From the NCBI RefSeq assembly GCF_022045235.1, contig NW_027266272.1, forward strand, positions 29,140,001 to 29,204,000: a stretch of 64,000 bases of DNA. Direction: 5' to 3'. The stretch's first letter is position 1, and each line of letters begins with the position of its first letter. The stretch comes from Haliotis cracherodii. Lineage: Eukaryota. A program made the position numbers and the translations under genes. Of this stretch, positions 37,163 to 52,100 are shown one piece after another. The notes under the pieces were generated by a model. It was not told where the DNA came from. It ran no database searches and saw only the letters and a list, made by a program, of their open reading frames with translations.

Positions 37163-40100
37163 CATGACACACCTCCTCCATTCTTCCCCCTCCATCATCC
37201 CTACTTTTGCCTCCAACCCCGCTTCTTCCCCGTCCATCATCCCTACTTCCTCTCATCCTCACTACTTCCCCTCCATCCTCCCCTTATTCCCCCACTATCA
37301 TCGCAACTTCCACGTCTGTCATCCCTACTTACCCTCCATCCTCCCTACTTACCCTCTATCCTCCCTGGTTCCCCTCTCACCTCCATACTTCCCCTCTCTC
37401 ACCCTACTTCCCCTTCATCATCATCCCTCTCCATCCCCAACTTCACCATCCACACTCCCTACTTTCCCCTCCATCCTCCCTACTTCCCCGTCAATCCTCC
37501 CCTACTTCCCCCTTCATCCTACCTACTTCCACCCCATTCTCCCTACTTCCTCTCTATCCCCCGCCCCCCCCCCCCCCGCCCCCCCCCCCCCCCCGCCCCC
37601 CCCCCCCCCCCCTTACACAAACCCCGCCCCATCCTCCCCTACTACCCCCTCAATCATCCCTACTTCCCCATCCATCCTCCATATTTCTCCTGCATCAGCT
37701 GTACCTCCCTCTCCATGATCTCAAGTTCCCCTCCATTTATCCATCCCTACTTCCCTACCATCCTTACTTCTCCAATCCAACCTCGTCTACTACCCCTTCC
37801 ATCCCCGTCAGTTCCCCCCTATCACCCCTACTTCGTCCACCACCCTCCTACTTCCTCCTCTATCCTCCCTACTTCCCTCTCCATCCCCCAAATTCCAACT
37901 CCATCATCCCTACTTCCCCTTCATCCTAACTACTTCCCCTCCATCATCCCTACTTCCCCCTCCATCCTCCCTACTTAGCCTCCCTCCTTCCTATTTCCCC
38001 TCCATCCTGCCTACTTCCCCCTCCATCGTCCTACTTCACCTTCCATGACCCCTGCTTCCCCCTTCAACATAACTTCCTCTCCCATCCATACTCCGTACTT
38101 TCCCTCCATGCTCTCCTACTTTCCCTCCCATGATCTCTACTTCCCCTCATCCTCCCATACTTCCCCTCCAACCTCCCCATCATCCATGCTTCCTCCTCTT
38201 TCTTCCTAACTTCAGCTCCATTCTCCCTACTTCCCCCTCCATCATCCCTACTTCCCCTCCATTCTCACTTCCTTACCCTCCATCATCCCTACTTCTCCCT
38301 CCAACCTGCCTAATTCCCCTCCATCCTCCTATACTTCCCCTCCAACCTCCCCATCATCCATGCTTCATCCTCTTTCTTCCTAACTTCAGCTCCATACTCC
38401 CTACTACCCCTTCATCATCTCTTCTTCCTCTCCATCCTCCCAAATTCTCCCTCCATCCTCCCTACTTCACCCTTCGTCAACTCCATCCTCCCAACTTTCC
38501 CTCCATCCTCCCTACTTCCCCTTGATACTCCCCTACTTCCCCCTCCATCATCCCTACTTCCTCTCTATCCTCCCATATTTCTGTCAACATCACCACTACT
38601 TCCCCTCGATCCACCCTACTTACTCTTGTTCCTCCATCGTTCCCCCTACAGCCTCCCTACCTCAGCCTCCATCCTCCCCGACTTAACCCTCCATCATCCT
38701 TACTTCCCCTCTATCCTCCCCTACTTCCCCCTCCATCCTCCCTTCTTCCCTCTCCATCCTCCCTACCTCAGCCTCCATCCTCCCCCGTTTAACCCACCAT
38801 CATCCCTACTTCCACGCCATCATCCCTAGTTCCCCTCTGTCCTCCCCTACTTCCCCCTCCATCCTCCCTTCTTCCCCTTCATCCTCAGTACTTCCACCTC
38901 CATCCTCCCTACTTCCCCTTGATACTCCCCTACTTCCCCCTCCATCATCCCTACTTCCTCTCTATCCTCCCATATTTCTGCCAACATCACCACTACTTCC
39001 CCTCCATCCTCCCTACTTCCTGCTACATCATCACTAATTCTCATCTACCATTCTTACTTCTCCTCCATCGTACCTACTTCATTGTCCAACCTCTCTACTT
39101 CCCCTCGATCCCCCCTACTTACCCTCCATCCTCCCTTGTTTCCCCTACATCCTCCCTACCTCAGCCTCCATCCTCCCCCACTTAACCCTCCATCATCCCT
39201 ACTTCCCATTCATCCTAGCTACTTCCCCTCCATCCTCCTTACTTACCTCTCCATCCTCCCTACTTCACCCTACTGGCCGCTCCATCATCACTACTTCCCC
39301 TTCATCAACTCTCCTGCCCAACTATTCTTACTACTTCCCCTTCATCCTCCCTACTTCTCCTCTATCATCCCTACTTCCCCTCCATCATCCCTACTTCCCA
39401 TCCATCATACATGCTTCCACCTCCATCCTGCCTACTTCCCCCTCCATCCTCCCTACTTAACCTCCTTCCTTCCTATTTTCCCTCCATCCTCCCTACTTCC
39501 CTTCAATCCTCCCTACTTCCCCTCCATCCTCCCTACTTCCCCCTCCATCCTACCTACTTAGCCTCCCTCCTTTCTATTTCCTCTCCATCCTCCCTACTTT
39601 CCACTCCATCATCCTGCTTCACCTTCCATGCCCCCTGCTTCCCCCTTCATCATAACTCCCATCCATCCTCCGTACTTCACCTCCATCCTCCCCTACTTTC
39701 CCTTCCATGATCCCTACTTCCCCTCCGTCCTCCCTACTTCACCTCCATCCTCCCAACTTCCCCCTCCATCCTCCCTACTTCCCCTCCATCCTCCTCACCT
39801 CCCCTCCATCCTCCCTACTTCCCCTCAATCATCCCTACTTCCCCCTACATCCTCCCTACTTTCCCCTCTATCCTCCCTTAATTACCCTTCCATGATCACT
39901 ACTTCTCCACCCTCCCTACTTCCCCTCCATCCTCCCCACTTCCCCTCCATCTTCCCTACTTCCCCTCAATCATCCCTACTTCCCCTCCATCGTACCTGCT
40001 TCCCCCTCCATCCTACTACTTAACCTTGGAATTCCTTCCAATTTCCCATCCATCCTCCCTACTTCCCCCCAATCTTCACTACTTCACCTTCCATGCTCCC

Positions 40101-43100
40101 TACTTTCCCCTCGATCCTCCCAACTTCCCTCTCCACCATCCCTTCTTCCCCTCCATCCTCCGTAATTCCCCTCCATCGTCCCTACTTCCCCCTCCGTCCT
40201 CACTGCTTTCCCATCCAGTCTCCGTACTTCCCCTCCATCCTCCACTACTTACTCTTCCATGATCCCTACTTCCCCTCAATCCTCCCTATTTACCCCCCAT
40301 ACTCCCTACTTCCCCCTCCATCCTACCTGCTTAGCCTATCTCCTTCCTATTTCCCCTCCATCCTCACTACTTCCCCCTCCATCATCCTACTTCACCTTCC
40401 ATGTCCCCTGCTTCTCCCTTCATCAAAACGTCCTCTCCCATCCATCCTCCGTACTTCCCCTCCATCCTCCCCTACTTTCCCTTCCATGATCCCTACTTCC
40501 CTTCACTCCTCCCTACTTCCCCCTCCATCCTCCCAACTTCCCCTTCCATCCTCCCAAATTCCCCTCCATCACTCCTAATTCCCCTCCACCCTCCCTACTT
40601 CCACTCCATCAACCCTACTTCTCCTCCATACTCCCTACCTCTGCCTCCATCCTTCCCTCTTTCCCCTCCATCCTCCTTACTTCCCCCTCCATCATCCTAC
40701 TTCACCTTCCATGTCCCCTGCTTCTCCCTTCATCATAACTTCCTCTCCCATCCATCCTCCGTACTTCCCCTCCATCCTCCCCTACTTTCCCTTCCATGAT
40801 TCCTACATCCCATCCATCCTCCCTACTTCCCCCTACATCCTCCCAACTTCCACTTCCATCCTCCCAAATTCCAACTCCATCACTCCAACTTCCCCTCCAT
40901 CCTCCCTACTTCGACTCCATCAACCCTACTTCCCCTCCATCCTCCCTACTTCCCATCCATCCTCCCAACTTCCACTTCCATCCTCCCAAATTCCCCTCTA
41001 TCACTCCTACTTCCCCTCCATCCTCCCTACTTCGAATCCATCAACCCTACTTCCCCTCCATCCTCCCTACCTCTGCCTCCATCCTTCTCTGTTTCCCCCT
41101 CCATCATCCCTACTTCCCCTCCATCATCCCTACTTCCACTCCATCATCCCAACTTCCCCTCCATCATACCTACTTCCCCTCCATCATCCCTACTTCCCCT
41201 CCATGCTAATATGCTTGACCTCCATCCTCCCATACTTCCCCTCCAACCTCCCAACTTCCCCTCAATCCTCACTACTTCCGTACTTCTCCTCCATCATCCC
41301 TACTCCCCCTCCATCGTACCTGCTTACCCCTCCATCCTGCCGAATTTCCTTCCATCCTCCCTACCTAACCTCCTTCCTTCCTACTTTCCCGCAATCCTTC
41401 CTACTTCCCTTCAATCCTCCCTACTTCCCCTCCATCCTCCCTACTTCCTCCTCCATCCTCCCTATTTCCCTCTCCACCATCCCTTCTTCCCCTCAATCCT
41501 CCCTACCTCTGCCTCCATTATCCCCTGTTTCTCCCTCCATCCTCCCCACTTCCTCTCAATCCTCCCTACTTCCCCTCAATCATCCCTACTTCCCCCTATA
41601 TCCTCCCTACTTCCCCTCCATCCTCCCCTACTTTCCCTTCCATGATCCCTACTTCCCCTCTATCCTCCATACTTCCCCTCCATGCTCCCAACTCCCCCCT
41701 CCATCCTCCACACTTCCCCTCCATCCTCACTACTTCCCCTCAATCCTCCCTTTTTCCACACAATCCTCCCTACTTTCCCTCCATCCTCACTACCTCTGCC
41801 TCCATCCTCCCCTGTTTCCCCCTCAATCATCCCCACTTCTCCATCCTCCCTACTTCCCCTCAATCATCCTTACTTCCCCTCCATCACCCCTACTTCCCCT
41901 CCATCCTCACTACTTCCCTATTTCCCCCTACTTCCACACGATCCTCCCTTCTTCCCCTCCATCCTCCCCTGTTCCCCCTCCATCATCCCCACTTCTCCTC
42001 CATCCTCCCTACTTCCCCTCAATCATCCCTACTTCCCCCTATTTCCTCCCTACTTTCCCTCCATCATCCCTACTTCCACTCCATCATCCCTACTTCCCCC
42101 TATTTCCTCCCTACTTTCCCTCCATCCTCCCTACTTTCCATCCATCATCCCTACTTCCTTCTATTTCCTCCCTACTTTCCCTCCATCATCCCACTTCTCC
42201 TCCATCCTCCCCTACTTACCCTTCCATGATCCCTACTTCCCCTCCATCCTCCCTACTTCAACACCATCCGCCCCACTTCACCTCCATCATCTTTACCTCT
42301 GCTTCCATCCTCCCCTGTTTCCCCCTCCATCCTCCCTACTTCTCCTCCATCATCCCTACTTCCACTCCATCATGCCTACTTCCACTCCAACCTCCCTACT
42401 TCCCCTCCATCCTCCCTACTTCCCTACTTCTCCTCTGTCATCCCTACTTCCCCTCCATCATCCCTACTTCCCCTCCGTCGTACCTGTTTCCACCTCCATC
42501 CTGCCTACTTCCCCTTCCATCCACCCTACTTAACCTCCTTCCTTCCTATTTTCCCTCCATCCTCCCTACTTCCCATCAATCCTCCCTACTCTCCCCTCCA
42601 TCCTCCCTACTTAGCCTCCCTCCTTCCTATTTCCCATCCATCCTCACTACTTCCCACTCCATCATCCTGCTTCACCTTCCAGGCCCCCTGCTTCCCCCTT
42701 CATCATAACTTCCTCTCCCATCCATCCTCCCTACTTCGACGCCATCATCCCTACTTCCCCTCAATCTTCACTACTTCCACTCCATCCTTCCATATTACCC
42801 TTCCTTCGTCCCTTCACCCCATTCATCCCCTCCAGCATCTCTACTTATCCTCTATCATCCCAACTTTACCTTCATCATCCAAACATCACCTCCATTTTAC
42901 CAACTTCCACCTCCATCCTCCCTACTTAGCCTCCCTCCTTCCCATTCCCCCTCCATCATCCTACTTCACCTTCCATGCCCCCTGCTTCCCCTTTCATCAT
43001 AACTTCCTCTCCCATCCATCCTCCGTACTTCCCCTCCATCTTCCGCTACTTTGCCTTCCATGATCCCTTCTTCCCCTCCATCCTCCCTACTTCTCCTCCA

Positions 43101-46100
43101 TCCTCCCAACTTACCCTCCATCCTCCCTACTACCCCTCCATTCTCCCTACTTCCGTCTCCATCCTCACTACTTCCCCTCCATCCTCCCTACTTTCCCTTC
43201 CATGATCCTTACTTCCCCTCCATCCTCCCTACTTCCCCTCCATCCTCCCAAATTCCCCTCCATCACTCCTACTTCCCCTCCATCCTCCCCACTTCGACTC
43301 CATCAACCCTACTTCCCCTCAATCCTCCCCTGTTTCCCCCTCCATCATCCCTACTTCCCCTCCATCCTCCCTACTTCCCTACTTCTCCTCTGTCATCCCT
43401 ACTTCCCCTCCATCATCCCTACTTCCCCTACATCGTACCTGCTTCCACCTCAATCCTGCCTACTTCCCCCTCCATCCTCCCTACTTTCCCATCCATCTTC
43501 TCCTACTTACCCTTCATTCTCCCTACTTTCCCCTCCATCTTCCCCTACTTACCCTTCCATGATCCCTGCTTCCCCTTCATCATAACTTCCTCTCCTATAC
43601 ATCCTTCGTACTTCGACTCCATTCTCCCCTACTTTCCCTTCCATGATCCCTACTTCCCCTCCATCCTCCCTACTTCCCCTCCATCCTCACTACTTCCCCC
43701 TACATCCTCCCCCCTTCTCCTCCATCCTCCCTACTTCCCCTCAATCATCCCTACTTCACCTTCATCCTCCCTACTTCACCTACATCCTCACTACTTCCCT
43801 CCATCCTCCCTACTTTCCCCTCCATCCTCCCTGCTTAGCTTCCCTCCTTCCTATTTCCCCTCCATCCTCCCTACTTCTCCATCCATCGTCCTACTTCACC
43901 TTCCATAACCTCTGCTTCCCCCTTCATCATAACTTCCTCTCCCATCCATCCTCCGTACTTCCCCTCCATCCTTCCCTACTTTCCCTTTCATCATCCCTAC
44001 TTTCCCTCCATCCTCCCTACTTCCCCTCCATCCTCCCAACTTCCCCCTCCATCCTTCCTACTTCCCCTCCATCCTCACTACTTCCTCTCCATCCTCCGTA
44101 CTTCCACAACATCCTCCCCAGTTCACCTCCATCCTCTTTACCTCTGACTCCATCCTACCCTGTTTCCCCATCCATCCTTCCTACTTCCCCTCCATCCTCC
44201 CTACCTCTGCCTCCATCCTCCCTTCTTCCACACCATCCTCCCTACTTCCACTCTATCGTCCCTACTGACTTCTCCATCCTCCACTATTTAACCATCCATC
44301 CTCACTACTTACCCCTCCATCACTCCTACTTCCCCTCCATCCTCCCTACTTCCCTCTCCACCATCCCTTGTTCCCCTCAATCCTCCCTACCTCTGCCTCC
44401 ATCCTTTACTGTTTCCCCCTCCATCCTTACAACTTCCCCTCCATCCTCCCTATTTCCCCTCAATTAACCCTACTTCCCCCTACATCCTCCCTACTTTCCC
44501 CTCCATCCTCCCTACTTCCACACCATTGTCCCTACTTCTCCTCCATCATCCCTACTTCCACTACATCCTCCCTACTTCCTCTCCATCATCCCTACTTCCA
44601 CTACATCCTCCCTACTTCCCCTCCATCATCCCTCCTTCCCTTCCATCCTAATAGCTGGACCTCCATTCTCCCATACTTCCCCTCCAACCTCCCTACTTCC
44701 CCTCCATCGCACCTGATTCCCCCTCCATGCCTCCCTACTTCCCCCTCCCTCCTCCCTACTTAACCTTCGTCCTTCCTATTTTCACTCCATCCTTCCTATT
44801 TTCCCTCCATCCTCCCTACATCCCCTCCATCCTTCATGCTTCCCTACTTCTTCTCTATCATCCCTACTTCCCTTCCATCCTCCCTACTTCCCCCTCCCTC
44901 CTCCCTACTTAACCTCCTTCCTTCCTGTTTTCCCTCCATCCTCCCTTCTTCCCTTCAATCCTCCCTAGTTCCCCTCCATCCTCCCTACTTCCCCCTCCAT
45001 CCTCCCAACTTACCCTCAATCATCACTAATTTCCCCTCAATCCTCCCCTACTTTCCCTTCCATGATCCATACTTCCCTCTCCACCATCCCTTCTTCCCCT
45101 CAATCGTCCCTACCTCTGCCTCCATCCTCCCCTTTTCCCCCTCCATCCTCCCAACTTCCCCTCAATCATAACTAATTCCCCCTCCATCTTCCCTACTTCC
45201 CTCTCCACCATCCCTTCTTCCCCTCAATCCTCCCTACCTCTGCCTCCATCCTCCCCTGTTTCCCGCTCCATCCTCCCTACTTCCCCTCCATCCTCCCTAC
45301 TTCCCCTCAATCATCACTAATTCCCCCTCCATCCTCCCTACTTTCTCCTCCATCCTCCACTTTTTAACCCTCCATCCTCGCTACTTCCCCTCCATCCTCC
45401 CCTACTTTCCCTTCCATGATCCCTACTTCCCCTCCATCCTCCCTACTTCCCCTCAATCATCCTTACTTCCCCCTCCATCCTCCCTACGTTCCCCTCCATC
45501 CTCCCTTCTTCCCCTCCATCACCCCTACTTCCCTCCATCCTCATTACTTCCCTATTTCTCCTTACTTCCACACGATCCTCCCTTCTTCCCCTCCATCCTC
45601 CGCTGTTCCCCCTCCATCATCCCCACTTCTCCTCCATCCTCCCTCCTTCCCCTCAATCATCCCTACTTCCCCCTTCATCCTCCCTACTTCCCCTCCATCC
45701 CTACTTCCCCTCCATCATCCCTACTTCCCCCTCCATCATCCTACTTCACCTTCCATGCCCTCTGCTTCCCCTTTCACCATAACTTCCTCTCCCAACCATC
45801 CTTCGCACTTCCCCTCCATCCTCCCCTACTTTTCCTTCCATAATCCGTACTTCCCCTCCATCCTCTCTACTTCCCCTCCATCCTCTCTACTTCCCTCCAT
45901 CCTCCCCTACTTTTCCTTCCATGATCCCTTCTTCCCCTCCATCCTCCCCTGTTTCTCCCTCCATCCTCCCAACATACCCTCCATCCTCCCTACTTCCCCT
46001 CAATCATCCCTACTTCCCCCTATATCCTCCCTAATTTCTCCTCAATCCTCCACTACTTACCCTTCTATCCTCCCTACTTCCACACCACCATCCTCCCAAC

Positions 46101-49100
46101 TTCCCCTCCATCCTCCCTAACTCTGCCTCTATCCTCCCCTGTTTCCCCCTCCATCCTCACTACTTAACCTCCATCCTCCCTACTTGCACACCATCCTCCC
46201 CACTTCCCCTCCATCGTCCTTACCTCTGCCTCCATCCTCCCCTGTTTCCCCCTCTATCGTCCCTACTTCCCCTCCATCCTCCCTACTTCCACTCCATCCT
46301 CCCTACTTCCCCTCCATCCTCCCAACTTCCTCCTCCATCCTCCCTACTTCCCCTATATCCTCCCTATTTTCTCCTCCATCCTCCACTACTTACCCTTCCA
46401 TCCTCCCTACTTCCACACCACCATCCTCCCCAATTCCCCTCCATCCTCCCTACATCATCCCTACTTCCACTCCATCATCCCTACTTCCCCTCCATAATCC
46501 CTACTTCCCTTCCATCCTAATAGCTTGAACTCCATCCTCCCATACTTCCCCTCCATCCTCCCTACTTCCCCTCCATCCTCCCTACTTTCCCCTCCATCCT
46601 CCCTACTTCCCCTCCATCACCCCTACTTCCCCTCCATCCTCACTACTTCCCTATTTCTCCCTACTTCCACACGATCCTCCCTTCTTCTCCTCCATCCTCC
46701 CCTGTTCCCTTTCCATCATCCCCACTTCTCCATCCTCCCTACTTCCCCTCAATCATCCCTACTTCCCCATTCATCATCCCTACTTCCCCTACATCCCTAC
46801 TTCCCCTCCATCATCCCTACTTCCCCCTCCATCATCCTACTTCACCTTCGATGACCCCTGCTTCCCCCTTCATCATAACTCTCCCAACCATCCTCCGAAC
46901 TTCCCCTCCATCCTCGCCTACTTTTCCTTCCATGATCCCTACTTCCCCTCCATCCTCCCTACTTCCCCTCCATCCTCCCCTACTTTTCCTTCCATGATCC
47001 CTTCTTCCCCTCCATCCTCCCCTGTTTCCCCTCCCATCCTCCCAACATCCCCTCCATCCTCCCTACTTCCCCTCAATAAACCCTACTTCCCCTTATATCC
47101 TCCCTATTTTCTCCTCCATCCTCCACAACTTATCCTTCCATCCTCCCTACTTCCACACCACCATCCTCCCCACTTCCCCTCCATCCTCCCTAACTCTGCC
47201 TCCATCCTCACCTGTTTCCCCCTCCATCCTCCCTTCTTCCCCTCCATCATCCCTGCTTCCACTCCATCATCCCTACTTCCCCTCCATAATCTCTACTTCC
47301 CTTCAATCCTAATAGCTTGAAGTCCATTCTCCCATACTTCCCCTTCTTCCTCCCTACTTCCCCTCCATCATCACTACTTCCCCTCCATCCTCACTATTTC
47401 CCCGTCCACCCTCCCGACTTCTCCTCCATCGTCCCTACTTCCCCTCAATCATCCCTACTCCCCCCTTCATCCTCCCTACTTTCTCCTCCATACTCCCCAA
47501 CTTACCCTTCTATGATCCCTGCTTCCTCTCCATCCTCACTACTTCCCCTCCATCCTCCCTACTTCACCCTCCATTCTCCCTGCTTAGCCTCACTCCTCCC
47601 TATTGCTCCTCCATCCTCCCTACTTTCCCCTCCATCGTCCTACTTCACCTTCCATGACCCCTGCTTCCCCCTTCATCATAACTTCCTCTCCCATCCATCC
47701 TCCGTACTTCCCCTCCATCCTCCCCTACTTTCCCTTCCATGATCCCTACTTCCCCTCCATCCTCCCTACTTCCCCTCCATCCTCCCAACTTTCCCCTCCA
47801 TCCTCCCTACTTTCCCTGCATCCTCACTACTTAACCTCCATCCTCCCTACTTGCAAACCATCCTCCCCACTTCCCCTCCATCGTCTTTACCTCTGCCTCC
47901 ATCCTCCCCTGTTTCCCCCTCTATCGTCCCTACTTCCCCTCCATCCTCCCTACTTCACTCCATCCTCCCTACTTCCCCTCCATCCTCCCAACTTCCTCCT
48001 CCATCCCCCCTACTTCCCCTTTCATCCTCACTATTTCCTCTTCCATCCTCCCTACTTTCCCCTCCATCATCCCTACTTCCCCTCCAACATCCTTACTTCC
48101 CGTCCATCCTCCCTACTTCCCCTTCATTCTCACAACTTCCTCCTCCATCCTCCCTACTTCCCCTCCATCCTCCCTACTTCCCCTCAATCATCACTAATTC
48201 CCCCTCCATCCTCCCTACTTTCTCCTCCATCCTCCACTTTTTAACCCTCCATCCTCACTACTTCCCCTCCATCCTCCCCTACTTTCCCTTCCATGATCCC
48301 TACTTCCCCTCCATCCTCCCTACTTCCCCTCAATCATCCTTACTTCCCCCTCCATCCTCCCTACGTTCCCCTCCATCCTCCCTTCTTCCCCTCCATCACC
48401 CCTACTTCCCTCCATCCTCATTACTTCCCAATTTCTCCTTACTTCCACACGATCCTCCCTTCTTCCCCTCCATCCTCCGCTGTTCCCCCTCCATCATCCC
48501 CACTTCTCCTCCATCCTCCCTCCTTCCCCTCAATCCTCCCTACTTCCCCCTTCATCCTCCCTACTTCCCCTCCATCCCTACTTCCCCTCCATCATCCCTA
48601 CTTCCCCCTCCATCATCCTACTTCACCTCCCATGCCCTCTGCTTCCCCTTTCACCATAACTTCCTCTCCCAACCATCCTTCGCACTTCCCCTCCATCCTC
48701 CCCTACTTTTCCTTCCATAATCCGTACTTCCCCTCCATCCTCTCTACTTCCCCTCCATCCTCTCTACTTCCCTCCATCCTCCCCTACTTTTCCTTCCATG
48801 ATCCCTTCTTCCCCTCCATCCTCCCCTGTTTCTCCCTCCATCCTCCCAACATACCCTCCATCCTCCCTACTTCCCCTCAATCATCCCTACTTCCCCCTAT
48901 ATCCTCCCTAATTTCTCCTCAATCCTCCACTACTTACCCTTCTATACTCCCTACTTCCACACCACCATCCTCCCAACTTCCCCTCCATCCTCCCTAACTC
49001 TGCCTCTATCCTCCCCTGTTTCCCCCTCCATCCTCACTACTTAACCTCCATCCTCCCTACTTGCACACCATCCTCCCCACTTCCCCTCCATCGTCCTTAC

Positions 49101-52100
49101 CTCTGCCTCCATCCTCCCCTGTTTCCCCCTCTATCGTCCCTACTTCCCCTCCATCCTCCCTACTTCCACTCCATCCTCCCTACTTCCCCTCCATCCTCCC
49201 AACTTCCTCCTCCATCCTCCCTACTTCCCCTATATCCTCCCTATTTTCTCCTCCATCCTACACTACTTACCCTTCCATCCTCCCTACTTCCACACCACCA
49301 TCCTCCCCAATTCCCCTCCATCCTCCCTACATCATCCCTACTTCCACTCCATCATCCCTACTTCCCCTCCATAATCCCTACTTCCCTTCCATCCTAATAG
49401 CTTGAACTCCATTCTCCCATACTTCCCCTCCATCCTCCCTACTTCCCCTCCATCCTCACTACTTTCCCCTCCATCCTCCCTACTTCCCCTCCATCACCCC
49501 TACTTCCCCTCCATCCTAACTACTTCCCTATTTCTCCCTACTTCCACACGATCCTCCCTTCTTCTCTTCCATCCTCCCCTGTTCCCCTTCCATCATCCCC
49601 ACTTCTCCATCCTCCCTACTTCCCCTCAATCATCCCTACTTCCCCCTTCATCATCCCTACTTCCCCTACATCCCTACTTCCCCTCCATCATCCCTACTTC
49701 CCCCTCCATCATCCTACTTCACCTTCGATGACCCCTGCTTCCCCCTTCATCATAACTCTCCCAACCATCCTCCGAACTTCCCCTCCATCCTCGCCTACTT
49801 TTCCTTCCATGATCCCTACTTCCCCTCCATCCTCCCTACTTCCCCTCCATCCTCCCCTACTTTTCCTTCCATGATCCCTTCTTCCCCTCCATCCTCCCCT
49901 GTTTCCCCTCCATCCTCCCTACTTCCCCTCAATAAACCCTACTTCCCCTTATATCCTCCCTATTTTCTCCTCCATCCTCCACAACTTATCCTTCCATCCT
50001 CCCTACTTCCACACCACCATCCTCCCCACTTCCCCTCCATCCTCCCTAACTCTGCCTCCATCCTCCCCTGTTTCCCCCTCCATCCTCCCTTCTTCCCCTC
50101 CATCATCCCTGCTTCCACTCCATCATCCCTACTTCCCCTCCATAATCTCTACTTCCCTTCAATCCTAATAGCTTGAAGTCCATTCTCCCATACTTCCCCT
50201 TCTTCCTCCCTACTTCCCCTCCATCATCACTACTTCCCCTCCATCCTCACTATTTCCCCGTCCACCCTCCCGACTTCTCCTCCATCGTCCCTACTTCCCC
50301 TCAATCATCCCTACTCCCCCCTTCATCCTCCCTACTTTCTCCTCCATACTCCCCAACTTACCCTTCTATGATCCTTGCTTCCTCTCCATCCTCACTACTT
50401 CCCCTCCATCCTCCCTACTTCACCCTCCATTCTCCGCTTAGCCTCACTCCTCCCTATTGCTCCTCCATCCTCCCTACTTTCCCCTCCATCGTCCTACTTC
50501 ACCTTCCATGACCCCTGCTTCCCCCTTCATCATAACTTCCTCTCCCATCCATCCTCCGTACTTCCCCTCCATCCTCCCCTACTTTCCCTTCCATGATCCC
50601 TACTTCCCCTCCATCCTCCCTACTTCCCCTCCATCCTCCCAACTTTCCCCTCCATCCTCCCTACTTTCCCTGCATCCTCACTACTTAACCTCCATCCTCC
50701 CTACTTGCAAACCATCCTCCCCACTTCCCCTCCATCGTCTTTACCTCTGCCTCCATCCTCCCCTGTTTCCCCCTCTATCGTCCCTACTTCCCCTCCATCC
50801 TCCCTACTTCCACTCCATCCTCCCTACTTCCCCTCCATCCTCCCAACTTCCTCCTCCATCCTCCCTACTTCCCCTTTCATCCTCACTATTTCCTCTTCCA
50901 TCCTCCCTACTCTCCCCTCCATCATCCCTACTTCCCCTCCAACATCCTTACTTCCCGTTCATCCTCCCTACTTCCCCTCCATTCTCACAACTTCCTCCTC
51001 CATCCTCCCTACTTCCCATCCATCCTCACTACTTCACCTCTATCCTCCCTACTTCCACATCATCCTCCCCACTTCCCCTCCATCCTCTTCACCTCTGCCT
51101 CCATCCTCCCCTGTTTCCCCCTCCATCCTCCCTACTTTCCCTCCATCATCCCTACTTCCACTCCGTCATCCCTACTTCCCCTCCATAATCCCTACTTCCC
51201 TTCCATCCTAATAGCTTGAACTCATTCTCCCATACTTCCCTCCATCATCCCTACTTCCCCTCCATCCTCCAAACTTTCTCTATCCTTCCTACTTCCCCTC
51301 CATCATCACTACTTCCCCTCCATCCTCCCTACTTCCACACCATCCTCCCCACTTCCCCTCAATCCTCTTTACCTCTGCCTCCATCCTCCCCTGTTTCCCC
51401 CTCTATCCTCCCTACTTCCCCTCCATCATCCCTACTTCCCCTAAATCATCCCTACTTCCCCTCCATCCTAATAGTTTGACTTCCATCCCCCTACTTCCCT
51501 ACTTCTTCTCTATCATCCGTACTTCCCCTCCATCATCCCTACTTTCCCTCCATCGTACCTGCTTCCCCCTCCACCCTGCCTACTTTCCCCTCCATCCTCC
51601 CTACCTAACCTCCTTCCTTCCTATTTTCCCTCCATCCTCCCTACTTTCCTTCAATCCTCCCTACTTCCCAGTTCACCCTCCCTACTTTAGCCTCCTTCCT
51701 TCCTTTTTCACCTCCATCCTCCCTACTTCCCCCTCCATCATCTTGCTTCACCTTCCATGCCCCCTGCTTCCCCCTTCATCATAACTTCCTCTCCCATCCA
51801 TCCTCCGTCCTTCACCTCCATCCTCCCCTACTTTCCCTTCCATGATCCCTACTTCCCCTCCATTATCCCTACTTCCACTCCATCATCCCTACTTCCCCTC
51901 CATTATCCCTACTTCCCTTCCATCCTAATAGCTTGAACTCCATTTTCCCATACTTCCCCTCCATCCTCCCTACTTCCACTCCTTCCTCCCTACTTCCACA
52001 CAATCCTCCCTACTTCCCCTCCTTCCTCATTACCTCAGCCTCCATACACCCCTGTTTCCCCTCAATCATCCCCACTTCTCCTCCATCCTCCCTACTTCCC

